Source: Nitrosopumilus sp.
GTDB taxonomy: Archaea; Thermoproteota; Nitrososphaeria; Nitrososphaerales; Nitrosopumilaceae
DNA length: 64,000 nt
Reading direction: 5' to 3'
Assembly: GCA_965214775.1 (NCBI GenBank)
Contig: OZ243974.1
Span: forward strand, 1,216,001-1,280,000
The translations under genes and the position numbers were made by a program. Shown piece by piece: positions 54,678 through 64,000 of this stretch. The stretch's first letter is position 1. Every line of letters begins with the position of its first letter. The notes beneath the pieces are model-generated. The model saw only the letters and a list, made by a program, of their open reading frames with translations, did not search any database and was not told where the DNA came from.

Positions 54678-55441
54678 TGGATGAAAAATTACTTAGAAAA
54701 TTAGCAAGCAAATACAAAATACCGTTAGGAACGTTAGAAAAAGATTACGCATTGACAAACATCCTGTCAGTAATCGCCGGTTTTCCAGAATTAGACAAAA
54801 TGGTTTTCAAAGGTGGCACTGCATTGAAGAAGATGTTTTTTGAAGATTTTCGCTTTTCTGAAGACCTTGATTTTGTTTGTTTTGAAGATGTTTCTGACAA
54901 TTTTATGAATTTTGTGAAAAACAGTATGGGCAATCTTGATGTAGAATTTACAGAGATATCAAACGTAGAAAGAAAGGGCAAGAGTTTCAGGTTCAAAGTA
55001 AAGTATGGTCAATCTACAGGTGCCAGAACAAGCATCAAGGTGGATTTGAGTTTGCGTGGTGATGTGATACTAAAACGCCCTGCTAAGCCGGTTTTACACT
55101 TCTATGAGACCCTTCAAACCCCGTTTTTCGTGCCAGCAATGGCACTTGAGGAGGTTATGGCTGAAAAAATCAGGGCCATAACATACACAAAACATCCCAG
55201 ACATTTGTATGATATCCATTACCTACATCACCAAGGAATTAAGATCAATTCCGACATGGTTAGAACAAAGATAAAGTCTGTTTACAATGAAGATTTTGAT
55301 TTGGACAAGATGAAGGAAAGATTGCCTGAAAAAGCAAGAGATTGGATGACTGATTTAAGACCTCTTCTTCCTGTCCTGCCACCGTCTTTTGACGATGTTT
55401 CAAAAGAGGTACTCAAGGTAATTACCAGTGCAATGAAATAG
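54677..55441 (+). CDS. Type IV toxin-antitoxin toxin, AbiEii nucleotidyltransferase
   Basis: EKDY, FKGGTAL, RFSEDLDF, AEKIRA, RHLYDI; start uncertain (54662-54677). Confidence 0.92.
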   Translation: MDEKLLRKLASKYKIPLGTLEKDYALTNILSVIAGFPELDKMVFKGGTALKKMFFEDFRFSEDLDFVCFEDVSDNFMNFVKNSMGNLDVEFTEISNVERKGKSFRFKVKYGQSTGARTSIKVDLSLRGDVILKRPAKPVLHFYETLQTPFFVPAMALEEVMAEKIRAITYTKHPRHLYDIHYLHHQGIKINSDMVRTKIKSVYNEDFDLDKMKERLPEKARDWMTDLRPLLPVLPPSFDDVSKEVLKVITSAMK

Positions 55442-55493
55442 CGCAATCACACGTAACATCTTGGACTGGAAGTTTAGGCACGAATTTTGCCGC

Positions 55494-55790
55494 TGTGTTA
55501 TATGAAAATTAGGTTCGTTAGTCATTGATGTCCATCTCCACCTATTTTGGGTCTTTTTTTCTGATCGCTTCTGTGGCCTCCCTTGCCAAAAAGGCCTGCA
55601 GTGGCGTCTCACACTTGTCGATATCCAGTGCAAAGTGCAGTGGTGAGGACCCCAAAAAAGAAGGAACGATCTGCAATGCACACTTTTTGAATAAGGAGGT
55701 CGAATCACAAATATGAGTAAGAAAATACGGAGTGTACAGGACAAGATAGGGATAGTCATGGAGCACATCAACACCAATAAGGACGCGCAC
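55494..55790. mobile_element. IS481 3' remnant (minus strand, about 55494-55640) abutting an IS3 5' remnant (plus strand, about 55640-55790)
   Basis: HFALDIDKCETP...ATEAIRKKDPK plus IR; MSKKIRSVQDKIGIVMEH matches the ORF at 60957-61442. Confidence 0.75.
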
Positions 55791-55895
55791 ACGAGTCGCC
55801 TCATGGATCCCGGCGGGGCAGACGGGCAGCAAAAAGCAAGGCCGGCAAGGCGCCTGTCTGGATTCGGGGCAGCTGCCAGGTACTGCGGCTCTAAG

Positions 55896-56888
55896 ATGTC
55901 CAAGTTCGGTGGGGCCCTATACGCATCTTGCACGGCAAAGGACAGGATCAGGGTCGCCTTTATCTACAAGCCGTCTTGGAGATACTATGACCGAAACAAC
56001 TCCATCAACAACAGGTACTATTTCTTTTTTCAGGCGCTACGGAGAAACAGGAACCTCCAGATGGGCTATTTTCCCGCAGAGCATACGTTTGATACGGCAA
56101 AGCTCAGGGGAAAGTACGATGTCATACTGTGTACGAACAGCGAGATCAGCACGCCGCAGCTAAACGGCGCCCGGGATCTGGGCATCCCGGTGATTGCCCA
56201 CACGCACGACCCACACCACATCAAAACGTTTGATCTAGTCGGCTTTCATGAAAAGTACGGGGTGGACTATTACTTTAACTTCATACCTGCCAGTTATTTT
56301 TACAAGTACCTTCCAAGGGACTTTGGGTACAGGATGATAACTTATGGTGTCGAGCCAGATCTGCCACATCTGCCCGCATTCGCAGACCGGATAAGGGATC
56401 GCATTCTGCTTACGGGGACGCTCTGGAAGGGGAACGCAAACGACCCTGTCCAAAACCCCTATACGCTGAGGAGGACGTGCAGGGATCTGCCGTACGTCGA
56501 CTATGCCGGGGTCGTGCCAGGCACCATCCAGTACGTGCACGCAGGACATCCGGACTTTATAACACACCTGTCACGGTACAGGGCAACCATAACCGCAACG
56601 AGGTACTTTCCTACCATCAAGTACTACGAGTCCACGGCTGCCGGATGCCTGACGTTCATGGAGTTCTCAGAGGAAAGCCACGGCGGGTACCTAGGATTCC
56701 GGGACGGGGAGAGCGCAGTGTTTATCGACTCTAAAAACTACAAAAAAAGGTTCGAGGAATACTTGGCCTCTCCAGATGATCCAAAGTGGGCGCAAATAGC
56801 GGCGCGCGGAAAAAGACACACCATGGAGAACCTCACAAACGACAAGGCGGCCGAGTCCCTTGTGGACCTGATGCGGGAGCTGATCTGA
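55896..56888 (+). CDS. GT-B glycosyltransferase (CgeB-like)
   Basis: HDPH, KYYESTAAGCL, GF.DGESAVFID, IAARGK; the longer ORF from 55713 begins in an IS3 remnant. Confidence 0.8.
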   Translation: MSKFGGALYASCTAKDRIRVAFIYKPSWRYYDRNNSINNRYYFFFQALRRNRNLQMGYFPAEHTFDTAKLRGKYDVILCTNSEISTPQLNGARDLGIPVIAHTHDPHHIKTFDLVGFHEKYGVDYYFNFIPASYFYKYLPRDFGYRMITYGVEPDLPHLPAFADRIRDRILLTGTLWKGNANDPVQNPYTLRRTCRDLPYVDYAGVVPGTIQYVHAGHPDFITHLSRYRATITATRYFPTIKYYESTAAGCLTFMEFSEESHGGYLGFRDGESAVFIDSKNYKKRFEEYLASPDDPKWAQIAARGKRHTMENLTNDKAAESLVDLMRELI

Positions 56889-57242
56889 GTCTTTGCATGT
56901 TTTTTGCCTCTTCCCAGAGAAGCGATTCGAAATTAGAGACCGTACGAATTTTTCAAATAATTTCACAGATAATCTGTATTTTGTTGATGTTTTGGGGGTT
57001 GTCGCCTAATTCCACTTGTTTGACTCAATCTGCACGTTTTTCTGAATTTCTGCCCCTTTGCATGCCTGATCCATGTGGCATCTCAGCGGTTCTCAGGAAT
57101 TCTGGCGAATTAGGCGACAACCCCGATGTTTTGAGCTGATTTACGCAAATTCGTCCACAAATAATCAGAATCTGCCAATTTCGAACCAACTCTCAGGGGC
57201 GAGATAAGGATGGCAGAAATGAGCGGCTGGTTGATGTAGATG

Positions 57243-59744
57243 TTACGTATACTTGACGTCCCCGTGTGCCGTACCACCGTTTCCTCCGCCCGAAGAGTCC
57301 GACAGATCGCCCTCGAACTCAAGGTGCATCAGGAGCGCACCATCATAGTCTCCCATACACGCATGATCACCGGTAAGCGCGTCGACGGTGCCGGTGCCTT
57401 TGGTGTCTGACACGGTAGCCATCTCCACATGGCATTTGTGTACGTCCGATATGTAGTCGGCAGGCAACCGTGCCGAGTATATCATGATATCATCCAGCAC
57501 GGTATCCTGTGCAGGATTTCTGCCGATGCTACTAGCACCTATCGCAAGCCGGTGATCATTTGCAACGGATCCTGCCAGCGACGTGTTGTACCAGCGCAGA
57601 TTGTCGATCTGTCCGTCCACGTACACGTCGAGTCCGCCCCTGTCTCCTGAGCCATCATAGGTAAACACGATGTGGTGCCAGCGGCCGTCGGTCATGCCGG
57701 AGAACGTGCCGACGGTGATCTGGCTTTGCGCATCGTCTGCCATCCGGAATGAAATCCCGCCATATGGGTTGCCCCATACGGTGATGCCCTGCTGCCTGGC
57801 CGCGTCAGCCTTTGAGATGATCAACGAGTCAGGGTTGCCGGGTTCGAGCATCTTGATCCAGAAGGCTATGCTGAACGGATCGGCCCCACCGAGATCGAGT
57901 CCGGGTGCGGCGGCAAGCGTGACGTATGCAGTGCCGTCAAGGTGGAGGGCCCGGCCGGCGGGGCCGTATGCAGGCAGGGACGTCCACCCGGGCGGGTTCC
58001 ACACCGTCACCTCCATACTGCTACTGAAATGTCGGTGGAACTTGGATGGTATCGGCGTGTCTGGTTTTGAGGGACCCTGAAACTCGATTACCCTATCACT
58101 GCCATCGTATATGTCAACATACCGCTGTGACCAGTCCGTTTCCGGAGACGCCGTCGCATTGCCCCCATCACCACCGCCGGTCTCCAGCACGTTCCTATGA
58201 AACTTGACCCTGTCGACAGAGTCGATCATTACGATCTTGTTGGTTTTGTGCGGACGCGTGTCGTACAGGTCATATCTGTCCAAGCTTGAATGGGTAATAT
58301 TGTAGCCGTGCAGCCGCCATGATTCGTTAATCAGCCACATGATTATTTCCGCGTCGGAGCCGGCATAGTTTTGCAGCGCAAAGAACAGTGCGCTAGGATA
58401 GGCAGACATCGTGTCCCAATGCACAAACACTCCCGACGTGGACAGGCCGAGCGCCGCGACGGCAAGCAAGGCAGCCAGCAACAGCGTGCGCTGCCTCCCC
58501 GGATCCTGTATTCTGGCTGATGCCCTTTCAATCCCTGCGCCGATCAGTGCGGCGGCGGCAATGCACATCACAGTCCACAACATCCCCAGATGGTAGAGGT
58601 ACGTCACGAACCCGATTGATCCAAAGAACAGCAGGACGGGTGCGGCCCACAGCAGCAGAAACCTGTTGCGTGAGGCCACCGCAAAGGCCAGTCCTGCTGT
58701 GCCCAGCGATACCATGACCGGATCCATCTCGAACAGCAGTATCGTGGCCACCAGCATGATCGCAGGACGGGTCAGTATGTCAGGATCCTGGTCATATACG
58801 AGGGCGATCGACGTGTATTGCTGCAGCAGATCCAGCTTGGACTGACTGCCCCTGTCTGTGTGCCACAGGACGCCGTCCACCCACCCGTCAAAATCACCTG
58901 CCAGTGCCGCAGAGGCGGGCCAGGCTGCCGCAATCAGGATTGCGGGCACAAGCCACAGCAGTACGCGCCCCGGCCTCCTGCCGGCCGACCAGACCAGAGC
59001 GAGGACAAGCGGGATCATGACAAGCGAGGGAACCTTGACAAGCATGGCGCATCCCATGCAGACACCAGACAGGATGATCAGCAGTCGAACCCTGCCCGGA
59101 GCCGGCGGCAACAGCGGCTCCCCATCCCCACTTCCTTGGAATGGGCCGCGTGCGTACATGGCAAGCAGAACGGAGGACAGGACGAACGGGAGGAGGATCG
59201 AGTCCAGTACAACCAGTCTGAGCGTCAGCGATACGGGCATTACCGCAAACAGGACGGCTGCAATCGGCGCTGCCCTGCGCCCGAAGCCCCTCTCGGCTAT
59301 CTTGTATATCAAAAAGGTGTCCAAGACGGCAAGCAGGCCCATGAGGATGCGCGGTGCCCCGTAAAGCATCCCAAGCGAGGATGCGCCCTCCGGTGTTACA
59401 AAGGAGTCGGGATATCCGGTGGCATGCAGGAATCCGGCCAGCATGGTGATAGAAGAGATGTCATGATATTCGTATGGGTAGGCAGATCCGGTGGCATGCA
59501 GGAATCCGGCCAGCATCGTCCAGCCAAGGAACGGGTGGTCGTGCCTGTCTGACAGTATCTTGTGGTTCAGGACGTCTAGAGCCTGGCCTATGTAGGTTGA
59601 CTCGTCTGGGTGCCACGACGGAAACCCTGCCGTGTTCCACATGTGCGTGTATGCAGAAAGCACCAGTATTGCTACAAGCAGGAGGAGTGGCCCGTGCCCC
59701 GACAGGCGCCCCGTGCGAATGGTGGTACGTCCGAGGCCAAGCAT
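57243..59744 (-). CDS. GT-C-LamG fusion, paralogue of 17637-20033
   Basis: Colinear similarity along the full length; extra in-frame TMLAGFLHATG duplication. Confidence 0.88.
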   Translation of the reverse strand: MLGLGRTTIRTGRLSGHGPLLLLVAILVLSAYTHMWNTAGFPSWHPDESTYIGQALDVLNHKILSDRHDHPFLGWTMLAGFLHATGSAYPYEYHDISSITMLAGFLHATGYPDSFVTPEGASSLGMLYGAPRILMGLLAVLDTFLIYKIAERGFGRRAAPIAAVLFAVMPVSLTLRLVVLDSILLPFVLSSVLLAMYARGPFQGSGDGEPLLPPAPGRVRLLIILSGVCMGCAMLVKVPSLVMIPLVLALVWSAGRRPGRVLLWLVPAILIAAAWPASAALAGDFDGWVDGVLWHTDRGSQSKLDLLQQYTSIALVYDQDPDILTRPAIMLVATILLFEMDPVMVSLGTAGLAFAVASRNRFLLLWAAPVLLFFGSIGFVTYLYHLGMLWTVMCIAAAALIGAGIERASARIQDPGRQRTLLLAALLAVAALGLSTSGVFVHWDTMSAYPSALFFALQNYAGSDAEIIMWLINESWRLHGYNITHSSLDRYDLYDTRPHKTNKIVMIDSVDRVKFHRNVLETGGGDGGNATASPETDWSQRYVDIYDGSDRVIEFQGPSKPDTPIPSKFHRHFSSSMEVTVWNPPGWTSLPAYGPAGRALHLDGTAYVTLAAAPGLDLGGADPFSIAFWIKMLEPGNPDSLIISKADAARQQGITVWGNPYGGISFRMADDAQSQITVGTFSGMTDGRWHHIVFTYDGSGDRGGLDVYVDGQIDNLRWYNTSLAGSVANDHRLAIGASSIGRNPAQDTVLDDIMIYSARLPADYISDVHKCHVEMATVSDTKGTGTVDALTGDHACMGDYDGALLMHLEFEGDLSDSSGGGNGGTAHGDVKYT

Positions 59745-59835
59745 GGGCTATCCTCACCCGTCATCCAAATAACTGTTCGGAGGGAATTATTTTGTTGCAT
59801 AACCCTGACTGAAATTTGGAATTTGGTCGAAAATC

Positions 59836-59926
59836 GTACAACATCAGGTTCTACGTAAAATCAGGCGTAAACAGGAAATTTGGATGAATACTTTACGTCT
59901 AGAAAGTTGAGGATCTGATGTTGTAC
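59836..59926. mobile_element. IS66-derived MITE; second copy at 61558-61639
   Basis: Ends GTACAACATCAG match the IS66 IR; the second copy has a near-perfect 8-bp TSD. Confidence 0.75.
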
Positions 59927-59997
59927 GATTTTTTTGATCTGTACTGATTACGCAAAGTCTATTGAAAATTACGTGATGGTTTGAAGCAAAGAGGTGA

Positions 59998-60915
59998 TCA
60001 TAGCGTCAAGTTTCGGAGTTGCTGGATCCATTTGCGCTGTATCTTTTTGTAGGTCGGGCCGGCAATTGAGAAGATTATCTTCTGCTCCTTTAGTGGCATC
60101 TTCCCATCGTAGAGTCTGATGGCGTCCGGATCTATTGAGCGATACGGATCTGTGTCTCCTATGGCGTACCCGTTCTCGTCAACGTATTTGTGCTCCATCA
60201 GGTGATGGTTCAGCATCTTGGTGTCAAACGGGATTTTCAGGAACCTGCATATGTGTCTGATGTTTCTTTCCGGCGAGGTACACAGATCCTCGTACAGGAT
60301 CAGACGGAGTTTGTAGCCCATCTCGTCATACCGGAAGAAGGATTCGGTCTTTATCTTCCAGTACAACGCCACCTTTGCTGCAAACGAGAACTCGCCGGCA
60401 TTTTTTATTATGGACAGGTCTCCAGCGTACTTTTCATTGAAGCCAGGAATTGTCTCGGGGTAGAGGGAATCCACATATCCTTCCCATGAGTTGGCCCAAG
60501 ATGAGTATCGTGGGTTTGTCTTTAGCCTCTTCAGGGAAAGGCACACGTCCCTGGGATCCCTGACTAGGAACAAGACAAGATGGTTGTTGTACCTGAACGG
60601 AAATGGAAACTTGTGGTAGCTTATGTCCCTTGCCACCCCGTCTGTATTGTCAAACTGCTCTGTCAGACAGGGGCACTTGAAGGCCAGAACTCTTTTTCCC
60701 AGACTTTTCTGCTCGCGAAGCTCCCCTTCGAGCACCGTCTCATCTGCAAAGTAATCATAGGAGGTCGGCTCGTCATGGCAGCTGATCCCGCTGTGGCACT
60801 CGAGAATAAGATGCATCAGCGTTGTTCCAGAGCGCTGGCATCCCACAATGAGGCAGATGTCAGAGTGCTCGTCGACCAGCCGGTCAAACAAACGCGATCT
60901 GTTGACATCGGCCAC
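59998..60915 (-). CDS. Sulfotransferase family protein
   Basis: 5'-PSB GCQRSGTT, 3'-PB VRDPRDVCLS, YEDL. Confidence 0.92.
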   Translation of the reverse strand: MADVNRSRLFDRLVDEHSDICLIVGCQRSGTTLMHLILECHSGISCHDEPTSYDYFADETVLEGELREQKSLGKRVLAFKCPCLTEQFDNTDGVARDISYHKFPFPFRYNNHLVLFLVRDPRDVCLSLKRLKTNPRYSSWANSWEGYVDSLYPETIPGFNEKYAGDLSIIKNAGEFSFAAKVALYWKIKTESFFRYDEMGYKLRLILYEDLCTSPERNIRHICRFLKIPFDTKMLNHHLMEHKYVDENGYAIGDTDPYRSIDPDAIRLYDGKMPLKEQKIIFSIAGPTYKKIQRKWIQQLRNLTL

Positions 60916-61099
60916 CTCGCTGGGCAGGGGGAACTGATCCCAGTTGACGGATGCGTTTATCTGGTCCCCCTCCCAAGCTTGAAGACAGCATCTCCCCTAG
61001 CACAATCAAGAGGATGCGGGTCTCCCCGGCACTCTCCCTCGTCCTGTAAACTTTCAATTGTATTGACGGTTTTACCCGTTGCCCCGCTGTACTGCAATG

Positions 61100-61515
61100 C
61101 CATGTGCGTGCTCCAGCCCTTGTTCTTTAACTCCGTTACTACAGCCACCTTTTGCCTGCCTGCCTCTAGGGTTTTTTTCAATACCGCGTTGGCCACGGCG
61201 TATTCCCCGACTATCTTCTTGAGCGACTCGATCTCTTTTTGCTGCCGCTCCTCTGTTGACTTGTGGCCCCTGCCTGATAGTGACGCGCGTCCGGCCTGCA
61301 AAAAGCGCTCCCTCCACTTGTAAAACGTCCTGGGGGAGAGGTTGTGGCGGCGGCACAGCTCTGCCGTCTCGATGCTGGTGTTGGTGAGGTGCTCCATGAC
61401 TATCCCTATCTTGTCTTGCGTACTCTGTGTTTTCCTAGTCATATTTGTGATTCGACCTCCTGACTCAAAAAGTGTGCGAACAAAGGCGTTCCTATTCTAG
61501 AGGGTATCGCACCAC
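61100..61515 (-). mobile_element. IS3-family remnant (OrfA from 61442; OrfB missing)
   Basis: HTH AELCRRHNLSPRTFYKWRERF, then leucine zipper and LKK frameshift region. Confidence 0.8.
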
Positions 61516-61893
61516 CACCCACCGTACCGGAGATGCGGAACTTGGCCCACATATTCCGTACAACATCAGGTTCTATTTATGCTGGCAAGCAAATACTTCC
61601 TAGATTCCTAGGCGGTTTAAATAGGATCTGATGCTGTACCGTATTCCTGACATGCCTGTAGCTGATGTCCAGCCCTTGGAATATCTGCGTGACCGGTACC
61701 GCCCTTTTTTCCCTGCCTTTCTATGTATCGAAGCGACTTTTCCTCCGGTCTTTTACTCATGTTTTTTGATCGGTACAGTCTAAAATAATCCTTCAAAGTA
61801 CGCCTGATCTTAGTCGGAATTAATTTTTGTACGACACAAACAGACTGTTACAAAGACATGTTTTATAAAATGTGAGGAGAACACCAGCGTACC

Positions 61894-62760
61894 TTGGTTG
61901 CTCTGAAAAACATTCTCCCTGCACTGCGCATAAGGAAGGACACCTGCCTGAGTCTGCTGACCGTGTGCATAAAGACGTTCTGTCGGCCCAGCACGCTTTA
62001 TGCCACTCTTGACAACATCATTGTCAAGAGCAGGTATCATGATCTGAGCATCCTAGTAGCTGATGACAGCGATGACGATTACAAGAAAAAAAACGGGGAG
62101 ATTGTGCGGCATTTTAGAGGAATAAACAAAAACCTGAGGTTGCTGGAGATGCCGTTTGACGTAGGCCTCTCCAGGGGCAGAAACCTGCTTGTCGAAAACT
62201 GCAAGACAAAGTATGCGCTTATGCTAGACGATTCCAGACACTTCACTAGGGACACCAAGATTGAGAAAATGGTAGATTTTCTAAGGGAGACGGACTATCA
62301 TTTGGTGGGCGGGGTCATTCCCGGCAGAGGCAGAATCGACTCTCATTATACCGGCATGTTTGAAAAAATACGCCATGACAGCAAAAGCAACACGGTCAAT
62401 ATTTGGGTAGATACCATCCTAGAGAGAATCGATTATGACAAGATTCCGGTATTCAAGACGAATGTTACGCTGAATTGCTTTATTGCAAAAACCGAACTCC
62501 TGAGAAGGTGTAGATGGCGCGACGAGCTGAAAACCATGGAGCATGAAAACTTTTTTTTGGACTGGTACAACATGGGCTACAGATGCGCAGTCTCATTCCT
62601 GTGTCCTTTTGTAGAAAACTCTGCTGAAAGCAGGCAGTATCCGGCAAAATACCGCCACCTCAGATACGACCCTGCAAGAAACAACAAGACAGATCTAGGC
62701 TCCAGAGGAACCATACCGCTGGTAAACATCAACTATAACAGAGACGCGCTGCACTGCTGA
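61894..62760 (+). CDS. GT2 glycosyltransferase resembling the B4GALNT-type catalytic domain
   Basis: IKTF.R, VADDS, MPFDVGLSRGRN, TKY.L.LDD, LVGG, EHENFF. Confidence 0.8.
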   Translation: MVALKNILPALRIRKDTCLSLLTVCIKTFCRPSTLYATLDNIIVKSRYHDLSILVADDSDDDYKKKNGEIVRHFRGINKNLRLLEMPFDVGLSRGRNLLVENCKTKYALMLDDSRHFTRDTKIEKMVDFLRETDYHLVGGVIPGRGRIDSHYTGMFEKIRHDSKSNTVNIWVDTILERIDYDKIPVFKTNVTLNCFIAKTELLRRCRWRDELKTMEHENFFLDWYNMGYRCAVSFLCPFVENSAESRQYPAKYRHLRYDPARNNKTDLGSRGTIPLVNINYNRDALHC

Positions 62761-63060
62761 GTGTCAGCTGCATGCTGCATACGCATTGTATGCTGCATCT
62801 GCACGCCGTGGCGGAGCAGGGAGTTGATTCGAAATTAGCAGATTCTGATTATTTGTAAACGGATTTGCACAAAGCAGCTCAAAACACCAACAAAATACAA
62901 ATTATTTGTGAAATTACTTGAAAGATTCGTACGGTTTCTAATTTTGGATCACCTCTCTGATGACATGCCTTAGTACACACATCAAAAATTGGAACATAAT
63001 TTTGGCATATTGTGCCTATTTTGGCACAAAAATGTTTGATTTTCAACTGTGCGTACTAGT

Positions 63061-63171
63061 GATCTTCTTGTCCGACATCTTTCTTGTCATGTCTCTGCCT
63101 GATCGGTACAGTCTGAAATGCTCGGCGACCGTACGCCTTATCTTTAGGCGGATCTAATTTTTGTACAAAAC
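63061..63171 (-). mobile_element. IS481 5' remnant; a similar left-end remnant lies at about 61745-61837
   Basis: Left IR plus MTRKMSDKK. Confidence 0.75.
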
Positions 63172-63223
63172 ACGGCCCCGGTTTGCGTTATATGTTTATA
63201 GAGAACTGCGCATACGGCAAATA

Positions 63224-64000
63224 TTGAAGATTATAGCATACCTGTGCGTGTACAACGAGGAGGACATACTGGAGGAGAACGTTCTTTACCACACCGCGCA
63301 GCAGGGGGTGGACATAGTCGTAATAGACAACGGATCAACTGACGCAACTGCCGATATAATCAAAAGGCTGGCAGGAGAGAACAGGATCCTAGATCATGTC
63401 AGGTACACAACAGAAAGATTTTCACTACAGCAGCTGACTAGGGCCGGGTTTGAGCTGGCCAGAAAGCACAATCCGGACTGGATAATACACCTGGATGCCA
63501 GCACGTTTCTTGAGAGCGGTTCCGGATCGGATGTGCCGCTAAGCGAGCAGATACGGAAGGCCGACGAGGCAGGATACAACGTCATCAGCCTGGCATCATA
63601 CGACTTTTACCCGACTGAGAGGGACGATCCGGACGAGTCCAGCGTATTCAAGCGGATGAAGTTCTATGCCAACACAATATACACAAACAGACTACAGGAG
63701 AAGATATTCAAGAACCTTGACGGACTGCTGACCCACAATGGACACAAGATCATATTTCCCAAATCCGCCGAAAAGAAGATATCTGACAAAAAGGCAGTCA
63801 TGCGGCATTACATATTCCGGTCTGCGCCCCACGGCGTAAGAAAGATCCTTGAGAGAAAGAACCGGTGGGATGCCGCCGAGCGTGCAGACAACCACCACAC
63901 CCACTATGACGGCTTTCTTGGATTTGAGGAGGAAATCCCGGTTCCATCTAGGCTCCTTGCGTTCAAAGACGAAGAGGGCGGATGGGACAACTCGATAACA
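63224..64000 (+). CDS. GT2-family glycosyltransferase, truncated by the window end
   Basis: From TTG 63224: MKIIAYLCVYNEEDILEE...VIDNGSTD...DWIIHLDA. Confidence 0.85.
   Translation, partial: MKIIAYLCVYNEEDILEENVLYHTAQQGVDIVVIDNGSTDATADIIKRLAGENRILDHVRYTTERFSLQQLTRAGFELARKHNPDWIIHLDASTFLESGSGSDVPLSEQIRKADEAGYNVISLASYDFYPTERDDPDESSVFKRMKFYANTIYTNRLQEKIFKNLDGLLTHNGHKIIFPKSAEKKISDKKAVMRHYIFRSAPHGVRKILERKNRWDAAERADNHHTHYDGFLGFEEEIPVPSRLLAFKDEEGGWDNSIT

Overview
This window looks like a thaumarchaeal (Nitrosopumilaceae-like) chromosome segment, probably from a host-associated lineage (inference). A core block at about 41.6-49.1 kb (GT2-GtrA, ESCRT-III/CdvB paralogue, racemase-like protein, cbiF, cbiL, cbiT, RqcH/NFACT) sits inside a surface-glycan and adhesin island. 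The island carries rfbC, rfbD, GT2, GT4, GT-C, GT-C-LamG fusions, a sulfotransferase, a deacetylase and HYR/LamG exoproteins. It is dense with IS elements (IS481, IS66, IS630, ISH3, IS5, IS110, IS3), often nested, and with several MITE families. Main observations: (1) repeated scars made of a ~36-bp target duplication around a 36-38-bp foreign insert at unrelated loci, including a CRISPR-like mini-array whose 37-nt insert is an exact copy of an IS630 transposase segment 11.5 kb away; this is the geometry of Cas1-Cas2-type spacer integration, yet no cas gene is in the window. (2) Two diverged IS110 5' non-coding ends that fold into the same two-loop structure with compensatory base changes, a candidate archaeal bridge RNA. 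(3) A ~10-kb IS481-bounded composite unit with a shared 15-bp TSD inside an IS66. (4) An atypical GAA-anticodon tRNA-like gene. (5) A G-free 33-bp tandem array within duplicated AbrB modules. All calls were made by eye; no database searches were run.
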